Positions 63,901-64,000 of a stretch of 64,000 nt of DNA are shown here, in pieces. Below the pieces are notes generated by a model. The model was not told where the DNA came from. It ran no database searches and saw only the letters and a list, made by a program, of their open reading frames with translations. The stretch spans positions 5,270,001-5,334,000 of the forward strand of contig OY740810.1 of NCBI GenBank assembly GCA_963514005.1, read 5' to 3'. Within the stretch, counting starts at the first letter, position 1. The number at the start of each line of letters is the position of its first letter. A program made the translations under genes and the position numbers. Source of the stretch: Raja brachyura. Its lineage: Eukaryota.

Positions 63901-64000
63901 GAGGGTGATGAATCTGTGGAATTCTTTGCCACAGAAGTCTGCGGAGGCCAAATTAGTGGATATTTTTAAGGAAGAGATAGATTCTTGATTAGTACGGGAG
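60990..64000 (+). mobile_element. Long degenerate CR1 LINE (ORF1 end, APE endonuclease, RT), runs off window
   Basis: ELNAWLKDWC..GFEFVEHW (ORF1 esterase-like); GGVALLI, ESLWIEL; GNYRAVSLTSVVGK, QHGFVKG, LDFQKAFD, KYADD; many stops and frameshifts. Confidence 0.92.

Overview
Vertebrate genomic DNA, most likely a cartilaginous fish such as a skate or ray. That is inferred from the repeat content: HE1/V-SINE-type tRNA SINEs, CR1, Rex1/Babar and Penelope-like elements. Three spliced genes could be rebuilt by hand. (1) RPL36 (+): 3 coding exons, 1165-3659, 105 aa; the non-coding exon 1 lies upstream of the window. (2) LONP1 (-): 18 coding exons, 36396->8166, 967 aa, all introns GT-AG with consistent phases. 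(3) The first six coding exons of a divergent CATSPERD orthologue (+), 39814-58675, 159 codons in one open frame; the ORF track misses it entirely and it runs off the window. The order RPL36->/<-LONP1/CATSPERD-> matches human 19p13.3. Introns are dense with decayed TEs. Highlights: a deleted class-I endogenous retrovirus with an intact 3' LTR in CATSPERD intron 4; two Penelope-like GIY-YIG fragments whose 3' end carries a hammerhead-ribozyme-like core that recurs in many short dispersed elements; a ~1 kb TIR element in two copies flanking CATSPERD exon 4; a perfect 31-bp hairpin; and a 55-nt motif duplicated in two RPL36 introns with 18S rRNA complementarity. Human protein and exon-length comparisons are from memory, not a database search, and TE boundaries are approximate.
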